Positions 20,751 to 30,218 of a stretch of DNA of 64,000 nt are shown in pieces. The notes under the pieces are model-generated. The model was not told where the DNA came from and ran no database searches. It saw only the letters and a list, made by a program, of their open reading frames with translations. The stretch's first letter is position 1. Each line of letters begins with the position of its first letter. Made by a program: the position numbers and the translations under genes. The DNA is from an uncultured Faecalibacterium sp. (lineage in GTDB: Bacteria; Bacillota; Clostridia; Oscillospirales; Acutalibacteraceae): assembly GCA_964411915.1 (NCBI GenBank), contig CAYPMB010000007.1, positions 16,531-80,530 of the forward strand, given 5' to 3'.

Positions 20751-22529
20751 ATGCGCAAAGATAACGAAAGAAAAGTTGATGTCGTGCTTGGAAAGCTCAG
20801 ACATAAAATGATTGAAGCAGGAGAAATTCAAGACCTTAAAGAAATGATTGACAGAATGACCCCTGTTTACGGTGACAGATTGGCTATTGTTGAAATTGAT
20901 GAGAAGAACAAAGAAAATCTCATTAAGTATTCAGTAAGACAGTTTTGTGATGACGTTTATGCTCTGGGTACTGCTCTTAACAGCTTGGGTTTTAAGGATA
21001 AGCATATAGCGATCGTTGGCGAAGGCTCATATAATTGGATCGTTTCATTTTTTGCTGTGGCTTGCGGTGTCGGTGTTGCAGTTCCCCTTGATAAGGATCT
21101 TACCGATTATGAATTAAGCAAGTTGATTTCAAAGGCTGACTGCGAGGCTATACTTTGCAGTAAGACTTATTACAAGATGGCAAAAAATCACATGGAGAAT
21201 GACGATAGAGTTAAGCATTGCTTTATGTTTAACGGTAAGGAAAGAAACACAGACGGTTTCATGATGATCAAAGATCTCATCGAAATGGGCAGAAAGCTCA
21301 TTGCAGATGGTGACAGAAGTTATATCGATTCAAAGATTACAGATAAAGATCAGATGGCTGCTATTCTTTTCACATCGGGAACAACAGGTGCAAACAAAGG
21401 CGTAATGCTTTCTCATTATAATTTTGCATCAAATGTTGAGGGTATTTGTGCAACCATCGCACAGGAAAACTCTTCATTTTCCGTTCTTCCCATGAACCAC
21501 GCTTATGAATTAAGCTGTTCTGTTATGACTTCACTTTATATGAATGCTGTTCTTTACATAAATGACAGCCTTCGTAATATCTTACCTAATCTTCAGCGTT
21601 TCAAGCCGGACGCATTTGTTTCAGTGCCTCTGGTACTTGAAGGTATTTATACAGGCATTTGGTCAGCAGCGGAGAAATCCGGTAAAGCTCCAATGCTTAG
21701 AAAACTTGTTAAATTCAGTAACTTCCTTTTAAGTCACGGAATTGATATGAGACATCAACTCTTTGGTGTTATCAGAAAGAAGTTCGGTGATAACTTCCCA
21801 ACACTTGTAAGCGGTGGTGCTCCTGCAAGACTTGAGCATGTAACAGGTTTGTATGAACTTGGATTTACCGTTTACCAGGGATACGGTTTGACAGAATCTT
21901 CACCGACAGTAACACTTAACCTTGAAGCAGGTGTAAATCCGACTTCAGCCGGTTATGTTTTCCCAAAAGCGAAGTTTTTCATTCACGATCCGGATAAAAA
22001 CGGAGTTGGCGAAGTTTGGCTTAAAGGTGCAAATGTTACCAAGGGTTATTATAATGACGAAGAGGCAACAAAAGCTTCTTTTGAAGATGGTTGGTTCAAA
22101 ACAGGTGACTATGGCCGTACCAATGAGAAGGGCGAACTTTTCATTGTCGGAAGAAAGAAGAATTTGATTATTCTTGATAACGGCAAAAATGTGTTCCCGG
22201 AAGAAATCGAGAGCAATATCATGGAAGGCATCAAGTATGTCAAGGAAGTTGTTGCTTTTGAAGCGGTGAAAGAAGTTCGTGGCAAGAATATGAAGATGAT
22301 TGCTGTCGGTCTTTATGTTGAACCCACAGATTTCCCGGACAAGTCCAAGGAAGAAATTGAAAAGATGGTCAATGACGATGTATCAAGAGTTAACAGACTT
22401 GTTTCATCATCAAAGAAAGTTCAAGATGTTATGGTGTCTTTCGAGCCATTCCCGAAAACATCAACAAGAAAAGTTGTCAGACAAGCGGTTATAGACGCTT
22501 ATAATGAAAAAATTTCAGTAAAAATATAA
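20751..22529 (+). CDS. AMP-dependent synthetase/ligase (long-chain acyl-AMP/CoA ligase-like)
   Basis: FTSGTTGANKGV, GYGLTESS, WFKTGDYG, GRKKNLI and PKTSTRKV adenylation core motifs; 592 aa. Confidence 0.85.
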   Translation: MRKDNERKVDVVLGKLRHKMIEAGEIQDLKEMIDRMTPVYGDRLAIVEIDEKNKENLIKYSVRQFCDDVYALGTALNSLGFKDKHIAIVGEGSYNWIVSFFAVACGVGVAVPLDKDLTDYELSKLISKADCEAILCSKTYYKMAKNHMENDDRVKHCFMFNGKERNTDGFMMIKDLIEMGRKLIADGDRSYIDSKITDKDQMAAILFTSGTTGANKGVMLSHYNFASNVEGICATIAQENSSFSVLPMNHAYELSCSVMTSLYMNAVLYINDSLRNILPNLQRFKPDAFVSVPLVLEGIYTGIWSAAEKSGKAPMLRKLVKFSNFLLSHGIDMRHQLFGVIRKKFGDNFPTLVSGGAPARLEHVTGLYELGFTVYQGYGLTESSPTVTLNLEAGVNPTSAGYVFPKAKFFIHDPDKNGVGEVWLKGANVTKGYYNDEEATKASFEDGWFKTGDYGRTNEKGELFIVGRKKNLIILDNGKNVFPEEIESNIMEGIKYVKEVVAFEAVKEVRGKNMKMIAVGLYVEPTDFPDKSKEEIEKMVNDDVSRVNRLVSSSKKVQDVMVSFEPFPKTSTRKVVRQAVIDAYNEKISVKI

Positions 22530-22548
22530 TTAAAGAGGGTATTTTAGT

Positions 22549-22782
22549 ATGTTGGAAAAATTAAGAGAAATCATTTGTGATTACGCTGATGTTGAACCGG
22601 AGCAGATTACAGAAGAAACTAACATCAGAAGAGATCTTGCTCTTGATTCACTTTCATTGGTTAACCTTGCTGTTGCCATTGAAAATGAGTTTGAACTTGA
22701 AATTCCCGACCGCGCGGTTGCAGGAATAGAAACAGTTGCTGACGTTATCGAACTCATCGAAGAATATAAAGACGAAGACTGA
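22549..22782 (+). CDS. acyl/peptidyl carrier protein
   Basis: 77 aa, acidic, with the phosphopantetheine-attachment motif LALDSLSLV. Confidence 0.8.
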   Translation: MLEKLREIICDYADVEPEQITEETNIRRDLALDSLSLVNLAVAIENEFELEIPDRAVAGIETVADVIELIEEYKDED

Positions 22783-22796
22783 TTTTAAATGAATAA

Positions 22797-22829
22797 ATCT
22801 CCCCTGCGGTGGTAGGGGAGATTTGTTTT
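22797..22829 (+). terminator. intrinsic terminator
   Basis: ATCTCCCCT ... AGGGGAGAT followed by TTGTTTT. Confidence 0.65.
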
Positions 22830-22834
22830 ATGGA

Positions 22835-22922
22835 GCGCCCGCGGTCGTGGGCGCGGAATTTTAAGCGGTTGGGACAACCGCGAAGCCCCGCGGTATAGTG
22901 GGGCGGTCAGCCGAAGGCTGAC
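22835..22922. repeat. GC-rich hairpin mosaic (modules Z-W-X-Y)
   Basis: Four modules in order: GCGCCC-GCGGTCGT-GGGCGC, GCGGTTG-GGA-CAACCGC, GCCCC-GCGGTATAGT-GGGGC and GTCAGCC-GAA-GGCTGAC. Confidence 0.8.
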
Positions 22923-22947
22923 GAAGGAGACTTCCTGTTTCAAAAAA

Positions 22948-23532
22948 CTATTCCGCCACAGCGATCACATATTCGCCGTTCCGCCAATGAGGAATATATG
23001 AAACATCAGTCTCGCTCATTTTATAACCGATTCCGAAACCTTCCTTTTTGCCGAAGGCTTCTTTTTTTACCCAAATTTCAAAAAAACGGGAGAGAATTTC
23101 CGGATCTTCATCTGAAAAATCAATATCATTCATTTCCTTATTAAAAATATATGTCAGTTCAGCTTTTGTGCAGACTTTCTTTGCAACAGCTAAATTGATT
23201 TTTCTTATTTTTTCAATATCAACACCAATAGGTTTTGTGCTGACAGCGCAAACAACAAGTTCGTCACAGTGCCCTATGCTGAAAAAGGTGTTTTCAATGG
23301 AACAATATGGTTTTCCGCTTTCTTCTTCATATATTTCAATATCCTTCTCAGCTATACCGGAAATCTGACTCATGGCTTTCACCGCCAACATGTGAGCGCA
23401 GACACTCCTTATCCTGTCATCGCTTTTCTTGTATCCGTCAATTCGCTTTTGCTTATCTTTCCTCATAACAGAATACCAATATTTATATTCATCTGCTGTA
23501 AAATCGTTTATATTATATTGATAAAATTCCAC
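22948..23532 (-). CDS. 4'-phosphopantetheinyl transferase (Sfp type)
   Basis: 194 aa with FSIGHCDELVVCAV, GVDIE and WVKKEAFGK motifs. Confidence 0.8.
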   Translation of the reverse strand: MEFYQYNINDFTADEYKYWYSVMRKDKQKRIDGYKKSDDRIRSVCAHMLAVKAMSQISGIAEKDIEIYEEESGKPYCSIENTFFSIGHCDELVVCAVSTKPIGVDIEKIRKINLAVAKKVCTKAELTYIFNKEMNDIDFSDEDPEILSRFFEIWVKKEAFGKKEGFGIGYKMSETDVSYIPHWRNGEYVIAVAE

Positions 23533-23714
23533 GGAAAATCTCCTTTTGTTTTTTCAGTTTCAGTATAATTCAAAAGATAATTAAAATCAAGAATAAAAAA
23601 CAAAATATAAACAAAAGACAATAATAAACTAACTAAAATGCTAAAAAGTGTATTGACAATTTTGTAATAACATATTAAAATGAGCTTACTATATTGCAAA
23701 GGAGAAAATATAAT

Positions 23715-24818
23715 ATGCCAAAACTTGTTTCAATACTTACAGTGCTTTCCATGTTGGTGACTGGAATTCTTTCCTGCACACAACTTACACCTTACGATGT
23801 GGAGGGCAGAGATCAAGTCAAAAATGTGATTTTATTCATCGGTGACGGCATGGGCGAAAATCATCTTGAATGGACAAAAGACAAATTGGATATTTCTCTT
23901 ACCATGGAAACATTCCCGCTCAGAGGTCAATCAAAAACAAGATCTGCCAACTGGTTTGTTACCGATAGTGCGGCAGGCGGAACAGCTCTTTCATCGGGCA
24001 TACGCACCGGAAACAGCTATGTAGGTGTATATTTTGCTGATTTACTTCAGGTTTACAGCAGACCGACAAACATAACCGAAATTTGCAATGATCACGGCAT
24101 GAGAACCGGTGTTGTTACAACTGATAAGACAACCGGTGCAACTCCTGCATCATTCACAGCTCACACAAGTGATCGCGGAAACAATGATGATATCATTGAG
24201 CAGCAGATGAGTTCTGATTTTGATCTTATCTGGGGTAATACAGATGAATTGTTTGTTCCGGAAGTTGCTCAGGCAAACGGATTTACTGTCATTGAATCTG
24301 AAGAAGAAATGGATAGTTTGGAGAATGGTTCAAAGAGTTTCGGCTCTTTTGACGGCGCAACATGGAACAGTGACAGCGGAACAGATGATCCTACTCTTTC
24401 CGAAATGACAGAAAAGGCTATTGATATTCTCGATAATGATGAAGAAGGTTTCTTCCTTATGGTTGAGGGTGCACATATCGACAAACATTCACACGCAAAC
24501 GAAGAAGACAAGATGGTTCTTGCTCTTCAGGAGTTTGACAAGGCAATAGCTGAGGCTCTTGAATTTGCTCAAGAGGACGGCGAGACACTTATTGTTATCA
24601 CCGCAGACCACGAAACCGGTAAAATTGTGTATGAAGACGGTGAATACAAATATACAAGAGACTCACATTCAAGCACCAATGTTCCTGTTTTTGTTTACGG
24701 TTCAAGCAACTTTATCGAAAACGGTGAAGCAATCAATAATTACATGGTGCCAAGACTTATCGCATCTTCTTTAGGATTTGAGCAGTCTGAATTTAAAAAT
24801 GCGAAAGCAGCAAATTAA
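23715..24818 (+). CDS. alkaline phosphatase, probable lipoprotein
   Basis: DGMG, DSAAGGTALSSG and a HETG-type C-terminal motif. The signal has lipobox ILSC. The ATG at 23715 follows AAAGGAG, with a TTGACA/TAAAAT promoter at 23653-23681. Confidence 0.85.
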   Translation: MPKLVSILTVLSMLVTGILSCTQLTPYDVEGRDQVKNVILFIGDGMGENHLEWTKDKLDISLTMETFPLRGQSKTRSANWFVTDSAAGGTALSSGIRTGNSYVGVYFADLLQVYSRPTNITEICNDHGMRTGVVTTDKTTGATPASFTAHTSDRGNNDDIIEQQMSSDFDLIWGNTDELFVPEVAQANGFTVIESEEEMDSLENGSKSFGSFDGATWNSDSGTDDPTLSEMTEKAIDILDNDEEGFFLMVEGAHIDKHSHANEEDKMVLALQEFDKAIAEALEFAQEDGETLIVITADHETGKIVYEDGEYKYTRDSHSSTNVPVFVYGSSNFIENGEAINNYMVPRLIASSLGFEQSEFKNAKAAN

Positions 24819-24830
24819 CAAATTTGATCT

Positions 24831-24866
24831 TCAACAGTCGCCTTAGTAGGTGGCTGTTGATTTTTG
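24831..24866 (+). terminator. intrinsic terminator
   Basis: TCAACAGTCGCC ... GGTGGCTGTTGA followed by TTTTT. Confidence 0.6.
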
Positions 24867-24873
24867 CGTTGAG

Positions 24874-24961
24874 GTCAGCCTTCGGCTGACAGCCCGACTA
24901 TACCGCCGGGCTAAGTCTGCCTCCGGCAGACCAAGGATTACGCGCCCACGACCGCGGGCGC
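24874..24961. repeat. GC-rich hairpin mosaic (inverted order Y-X-Y2-Z)
   Basis: Four modules in order: GTCAGCC-TTC-GGCTGAC, GCCCG-ACTATACCGC-CGGGC, GTCTGCC-TCC-GGCAGAC and GCGCCC-ACGACCGC-GGGCGC. Confidence 0.8.
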
Positions 24962-25147
24962 TCACCAAACTTTACAATTTTACATCATTAAAATATTTTC
25001 ACGAATTAAATTGATAAAACAGTAAATTTTTTATTGACATTCTGCTTTTGTAATGCTATAATTTCAATTACATACCAAAAGGAAAATACATATAAGCCTT
25101 TGATATGGAGCTAAACGATATTAAAAAAGAAAGGTCTTGATTTAATC

Positions 25148-26308
25148 ATGAAAAAGGTATTAGCTCTTCTTTTAGTTGCTGTTCTTTGTCTCGGTTGTTT
25201 CGCTGCTTGTGGCGGTTCAGGTGACTCAGAAAACGGTGGCGACGCTGCAACAGGTACTAACTATGCTGCAAACAATACAGAATATGTAATCGGATGCACA
25301 GGTCCTCTTACAGGTGACGCTTCTTCTTACGGTATTTCCGTTCAGGAAGGTGCAGAACTTGCAGTTAAGCAGATCAACGCAAACGGTGGTCTTAATGGTG
25401 TTAACTTTAAGTTTGACATGAAAGACGATAAAGCTGCTGCTGCTGATGCACAGACAGGTTACGATGCTCTTTACGAAGCAGGTATGCAGGCTTCAATCGG
25501 TAGTGTTACTTCCGGTTCAGCTGCTGCTTTCGGTGCAAAGTCAAATGAAGATAACGTATTCTTCATGACTCCGTCAGCATCTGCCGCAAATGTTATTGAA
25601 AGCGGTGACAACTGCTTCCGTGTATGCTTTGGCGATCCTGACCAGGGTTACCTTGCAGCAGAAAAAATCACTGATGCATACACAAATATCGGTGCTATCT
25701 ATGATAATAGCGACCCATATTCAACAGGTGTTTATGAAGCATTCCAGACAAAGATGAATGAACTCGGCGTTGAATATAAGGTTCAGTATTTCGACAGCGA
25801 AAACAAAAAGGACTTCTCAACTCAGATCGAAGCTCTCAAGGATTGCGATGCTATTTTCCTTCCAATCTATTACACAGAAGCAGGTCTTATTGCTAAGGCT
25901 GCTGCTGCAAAGGGCTGCGATGCAGTTCTCTATGGTTGTGACGGTCTTGACGGTGTTGCAGATCAGATTGATGAGACTGTAACAAACGAAATCAAGTATA
26001 TCACTCCGTTCGATGTTAACAACGAATCAGACAAGGTTGTTGATTTCGTTAAAGCTTATAAGGAAGAATACAACGGCAAGGCTCCTGACCAGTTCGCTGC
26101 TGATGCTTATGATGCAGTTATGGTTATTTATGAAGCTATGAAGGCAGCAGGTGTTAACGATGTAACAATCGATCCAAGCACACTTTGCGATACTATCAAA
26201 GATACAATCACATCTGACAGCTTTAAGTATGCAGGTGTAACAGGTGAAATGACTTGGGACGCTTCAGGTGCTTGCACAAAGGCTCCTCAGATCGTTGAGC
26301 TTAACTAA
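25148..26308 (+). CDS. branched-chain amino-acid ABC transporter substrate-binding lipoprotein
   Basis: Lipobox FAAC and a LivJ/K-like periplasmic binding fold. It heads a livHMGF-type operon. Confidence 0.85.
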   Translation: MKKVLALLLVAVLCLGCFAACGGSGDSENGGDAATGTNYAANNTEYVIGCTGPLTGDASSYGISVQEGAELAVKQINANGGLNGVNFKFDMKDDKAAAADAQTGYDALYEAGMQASIGSVTSGSAAAFGAKSNEDNVFFMTPSASAANVIESGDNCFRVCFGDPDQGYLAAEKITDAYTNIGAIYDNSDPYSTGVYEAFQTKMNELGVEYKVQYFDSENKKDFSTQIEALKDCDAIFLPIYYTEAGLIAKAAAAKGCDAVLYGCDGLDGVADQIDETVTNEIKYITPFDVNNESDKVVDFVKAYKEEYNGKAPDQFAADAYDAVMVIYEAMKAAGVNDVTIDPSTLCDTIKDTITSDSFKYAGVTGEMTWDASGACTKAPQIVELN

Positions 26309-26495
26309 TCATATCTATTGATTGGCAACAAATATAATCGGGTGTCATTTTATATGACACCCGATTGTGTGGCTTATAGATATGTAGGTAACCCCTGATT
26401 AAAATGCATTATTCGGGTGTGTTTTAATCAGTGGTTACTGATGCTTAAATAAAATGGACAGAACTTTGTTGCTGTCGGAATTTAAAGAGGTATTT

Positions 26496-27359
26496 ATGAC
26501 AACATTAATTGACGGACTTAGTTTGGGTAGTATTTATGCCCTTATCGCCCTGGGTTATACCATGGTTTACGGTATTGCCAAGATGCTTAACTTTGCCCAC
26601 GGTGATATCATTATGGTCGGTGCTTATACCATCTTCCAGACTCTTGCCTTAGGCGGTCACCCCATATTGGCAATAATATTTTCCATTATCGTTTGTACCG
26701 TAATGGGTATTGTGATTGAAAAAGTGGCTTATAAGCCTTTAAGAGGTGCTTCACCTCTTGCAGTTCTTATTACCGCTATCGGTGTCAGTTATCTTCTTCA
26801 AAGTCTTGCACAGATTATTTTCGACTCCAAATCTCAGCCGGTAACTATTGGCAACTTCGGTATGGTTAAGTTGGGCTCTTTTGAGATCAACTCATCAACA
26901 GTTATCACACTTGTTGTGGGAACAATACTTATGATTGCCATACAGGTCTTTGTTAAATATACAAGAACAGGCCGTGCCATGATTGCTGTTTCAGAAGACA
27001 GGGGAGCAGCACAGCTTATGGGTGTTAATGTTAACAGAATTATTATGATAACTTTCGCCATCGGTTCATGTCTTGCTGCTTTTGCAAGTGTGTTCTATCT
27101 TATGCAGATCCCAAGCGTTAACCCAACATTGGGTTCAATGCCGGGTATTAAGGCGTTCACAGCTGCTGTTATTGGCGGTATCGGTTCTATCCCCGGTGCA
27201 ATGCTTGGTGGCATACTTTTGGGTGTTATCGAAAAGTTGGCATTAAGTATTCCTGTTCTCGCTCCTTACACAACAGCTATTGAGTTCAGTTTACTTATCA
27301 TAATCCTCCTTGTTAAGCCAATCGGTTTACTTGGTAAAAAGAGAAGAGAGAAGGTGTAA
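26496..27359 (+). CDS. livH: branched-chain amino-acid ABC permease (LivH-like)
   Basis: Polytopic membrane protein with the typical N-terminus LIDGLSLGSIYALIALGYTMVYG. The ATG at 26496 follows AAGAGG. Confidence 0.85.
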   Translation: MTTLIDGLSLGSIYALIALGYTMVYGIAKMLNFAHGDIIMVGAYTIFQTLALGGHPILAIIFSIIVCTVMGIVIEKVAYKPLRGASPLAVLITAIGVSYLLQSLAQIIFDSKSQPVTIGNFGMVKLGSFEINSSTVITLVVGTILMIAIQVFVKYTRTGRAMIAVSEDRGAAQLMGVNVNRIIMITFAIGSCLAAFASVFYLMQIPSVNPTLGSMPGIKAFTAAVIGGIGSIPGAMLGGILLGVIEKLALSIPVLAPYTTAIEFSLLIIILLVKPIGLLGKKRREKV

Positions 27360-27362
27360 TGC

Positions 27363-28502
27363 ATGAATTATTTTAAGAATATAAAAAATACATTTAAACT
27401 CAAGCATTGCACTAACTATCTTATCGTAATACTTATGTTTGCGGTGTCAATGATCCTTAATGTAACAGGAAATTTGCCTCGTTCAAGTGCAGGTTTGCTC
27501 ACTCAGATAATTTACAGTATTATTCTTGCTGTTTCACTTAATCTTGTTGTCGGCTTTCTCGGTGAACTTAGCTTAGGTCACGCAGGCTTTATGTGTGTGG
27601 GCGCATACTTAGGCTGTTTTGTTTCCAATTATCTCACAACCATTATCCCATCAAAATTGGTGGTTTTGATTATATCAATGCTTGTGGGTGGTCTTATTGC
27701 CGCTGTATTCGGCTTTATAATCGGACTTCCCGCCCTCCGACTTAAAGGTGACTATCTTGCTATTGTTACCCTTGCTTTCGGTGAAATCGTAAGAAACATC
27801 TTTAAGAATGTTAAAACATTCGGTGGCGCAATGGGTATGAGTACCAATAAGTATGGCAATGACCTTTTCATTGTTGCATTTGTTGTGTTGTTCCTTATTC
27901 TTTTCCTCATTGAAAATCTTATCAGAAGTAAGCACGGCCGTGCTATTACAGCTATTCGAGACAATGAAATTGCCGCAAAAGCAATGGGCGTTAATGTAAC
28001 ATATTATAAACTTTTCGTGTTTGTTATTTCCGCATTCTTTGCAGGCATCGCCGGTGTTATTTACGGTTCTTACACAACACCGATCTTATATTCATTCTTC
28101 TCTTATAACTATTCTATCGAAATTCTCGTTATGGTCGTTCTTGGCGGTATGGGTAGTATTACCGGTTCAATCATTGCCGCAACAGGTATCACTTACCTTA
28201 ACTTCATTCTTCAAAGCCAGCTTTCAGGCGACCTTGCAGCATATAAATATCTTATTTATGCAATTATTCTTATTGTTGCCGTTATCTTCAATAACGCACC
28301 TGCTTTTAAGCCTGTCAGAGAGAAGCTCTCAATCAAGGACCTTATCAGCAAGAGAGAAAAGAAGAACCCGGCAAAAGTTAAAGCCGATCCTGCTAAGTGG
28401 GATGTAATACCTACTAAAATCAAAATGGACGAGGTTCTTTCAGTTGATGTGACAACTGAAGATCCCTACGCACCGGACAAAGAAGTGAAAGGAGACAGAT
28501 AA
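27363..28502 (+). CDS. livM: branched-chain amino-acid ABC permease (LivM-like)
   Basis: Polytopic, with the GELSLGHAGF motif. Confidence 0.85.
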   Translation: MNYFKNIKNTFKLKHCTNYLIVILMFAVSMILNVTGNLPRSSAGLLTQIIYSIILAVSLNLVVGFLGELSLGHAGFMCVGAYLGCFVSNYLTTIIPSKLVVLIISMLVGGLIAAVFGFIIGLPALRLKGDYLAIVTLAFGEIVRNIFKNVKTFGGAMGMSTNKYGNDLFIVAFVVLFLILFLIENLIRSKHGRAITAIRDNEIAAKAMGVNVTYYKLFVFVISAFFAGIAGVIYGSYTTPILYSFFSYNYSIEILVMVVLGGMGSITGSIIAATGITYLNFILQSQLSGDLAAYKYLIYAIILIVAVIFNNAPAFKPVREKLSIKDLISKREKKNPAKVKADPAKWDVIPTKIKMDEVLSVDVTTEDPYAPDKEVKGDR

Positions 28503-28503
28503 A

Positions 28504-29277
28504 ATGGAAGAAAAATATATTCTTGAAACCAAAAATCTTGGTATCTCCTTTGGTGGACTTAAAGCATGTGACGATGTTAACTTGAAGATCAAGAAAAATC
28601 AGCTTTACGGACTTATCGGCCCTAATGGTGCAGGTAAAACCACAGTTTTCAACCTTCTTACAGGTGTTTATAAGCCAACAACTGGCACATTCCTTCTTGA
28701 CGGTGAAGAGCTTAAGGGCAAGAGCCAAGAAGCAATTAACCATAAAGGTATCGCAAGAACTTTCCAGAACATTCGACTTTTCAACAACATGAGCGTTATT
28801 CGCAATGTTCTTGTTGGACTTCATAATCAGCCTGAGTTTAAATGCAATCCCTTTGTAAGTATGCTCAAGTTACCTAAGCATTATGAAACAGAAATAGCAA
28901 TGAGAGAAAGAGCAAAGGAGCTTCTTCGTATTTTCGGCCTTGAAGATGAAAGAAACAACCTGGCTTGCAACCTTCCTTACGGTAAACAGAGAAAACTTGA
29001 GATTGCAAGAGCACTTGCAACAAATCCGAAACTTCTTCTTCTCGATGAACCGGCAGCCGGTATGAACCCTCATGAAACAGATGAATTGATGGAAACCATC
29101 AGATTTATCCGTGATGAGTTTGATGTAACCGTATTACTTATTGAGCATGACTTGAAATTCGTTTCAGGACTTTGCGATGAAGTAACAGTTCTCAACTTCG
29201 GTACAACACTTTGTCAGGGCAAGGTTAGTGATGCACTTAATGCACCTGAAGTTATCAAGGCATATATCGGAGGTTAA
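28504..29277 (+). CDS. livG: ABC ATP-binding protein (LivG-like)
   Basis: GPNGAGKTT, LPYGKQRKLEIARAL and LLLLDEPAAG motifs. Confidence 0.9.
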   Translation: MEEKYILETKNLGISFGGLKACDDVNLKIKKNQLYGLIGPNGAGKTTVFNLLTGVYKPTTGTFLLDGEELKGKSQEAINHKGIARTFQNIRLFNNMSVIRNVLVGLHNQPEFKCNPFVSMLKLPKHYETEIAMRERAKELLRIFGLEDERNNLACNLPYGKQRKLEIARALATNPKLLLLDEPAAGMNPHETDELMETIRFIRDEFDVTVLLIEHDLKFVSGLCDEVTVLNFGTTLCQGKVSDALNAPEVIKAYIGG

Positions 29278-29282
29278 ATATC

Positions 29283-29993
29283 ATGGCAATGTTAGAAGTA
29301 AAAGATTTAGAAGTATATTACGGAGTTATACAGGCTATCAAGGGTATCAGCTTTGAAGTTAACGAGGGAGAGATCGTTACTCTTATCGGTGCAAACGGTG
29401 CAGGTAAGACAACAACAATGCAGAGCATAATGGGTCTTATTCCAATCAAACATGGAACTGTTACTTATGAAGGTAAGAATATAACAAAAACTCCTTGCCA
29501 CAAATTAGTTGGTTTAGGCATGGCACAGGTTCCGGAAGGCAGACGAGTTTTCCAGGAACTCACAGTATATCAAAATCTTCTTATGGGTGCATTTTCCAAA
29601 AAGGATAAGAAAGCCATTAAGGAAGATATAGAGAACATTTACGAAAAGTTCCCCAGACTTTGCGAAAGAAAGAACCAGATCGCAGGCACACTTTCAGGCG
29701 GTGAACAGCAGATGCTTGCAATGGGCAGAGCAATGATGAGCAGACCGAAACTTCTCATGCTTGACGAACCCTCAATGGGACTTTCACCCTTGCTTGTTGA
29801 TCAAATTTTTGATATGATTCAGCAATTCCATAAAGACGGCACAACAATTCTTCTTGTTGAGCAGAACGCAGGTAAGTCTTTAGCGATTTCCGACAGAGCT
29901 TATGTTCTTGAAAACGGCAAAATCGCTCTTTCCGGCACGGGTAAAGAACTTATGGAAAGCGAAGATATCAAGAAAGCGTATCTTGGCGGTTAA
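29283..29993 (+). CDS. livF: ABC ATP-binding protein (LivF-like)
   Basis: GANGAGKTT, LSGGEQQMLA and LLMLDEPS motifs. Confidence 0.9.
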   Translation: MAMLEVKDLEVYYGVIQAIKGISFEVNEGEIVTLIGANGAGKTTTMQSIMGLIPIKHGTVTYEGKNITKTPCHKLVGLGMAQVPEGRRVFQELTVYQNLLMGAFSKKDKKAIKEDIENIYEKFPRLCERKNQIAGTLSGGEQQMLAMGRAMMSRPKLLMLDEPSMGLSPLLVDQIFDMIQQFHKDGTTILLVEQNAGKSLAISDRAYVLENGKIALSGTGKELMESEDIKKAYLGG

Positions 29994-30008
29994 GCAGAGG
30001 GTGAGGGA

Positions 30009-30048
30009 GCGCCCGCGGTATAGTGGGCGCAGTCTGCCGAAGGCAGAC
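30009..30048. repeat. GC-rich hairpin mosaic (X-Y)
   Basis: GCGCCC-GCGGTATAGT-GGGCGC followed by GTCTGCC-GAA-GGCAGAC. Confidence 0.75.
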
Positions 30049-30080
30049 CGTGAAACTGACTGTCAGAATAAGGTGAATAT

Positions 30081-30126
30081 AAAACGGCAAGTTTCTTGTT
30101 TCAAAACAGGAAACTTGCCGTTTTTG
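30081..30126. terminator. bidirectional terminator between livF and the GH127 gene
   Basis: A long stem, CGGCAAGTTTC.TGTTT / AAACAGGAAACTTGCCG, flanked by AAAA and TTTTT. Confidence 0.75.
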
Positions 30127-30157
30127 ATTTTATATCTGCAAGAGGGGAGTTTTCTCC

Positions 30158-30196
30158 GGAAACTTCGTTTCCGCGCCCGACTATACCGCCGGGCGG
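30158..30196. repeat. GC-rich hairpin mosaic (Y-like + X, inverted)
   Basis: GGAAAC-TTC-GTTTCC followed by GCCCG-ACTATACCGC-CGGGC. Confidence 0.65.
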
Positions 30197-30218
30197 TACT
30201 TCCCCCACCTCACACCTG

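Noticed and set aside
19320-22782. Possible dlt (D-alanylation) operon, because of the ligase + small carrier protein.
   Set aside because: There is no DltB (MBOAT) or DltD. The ligase is about 90 aa longer than DltA and of long-chain acyl type. The first gene is an NRPS condensation domain.
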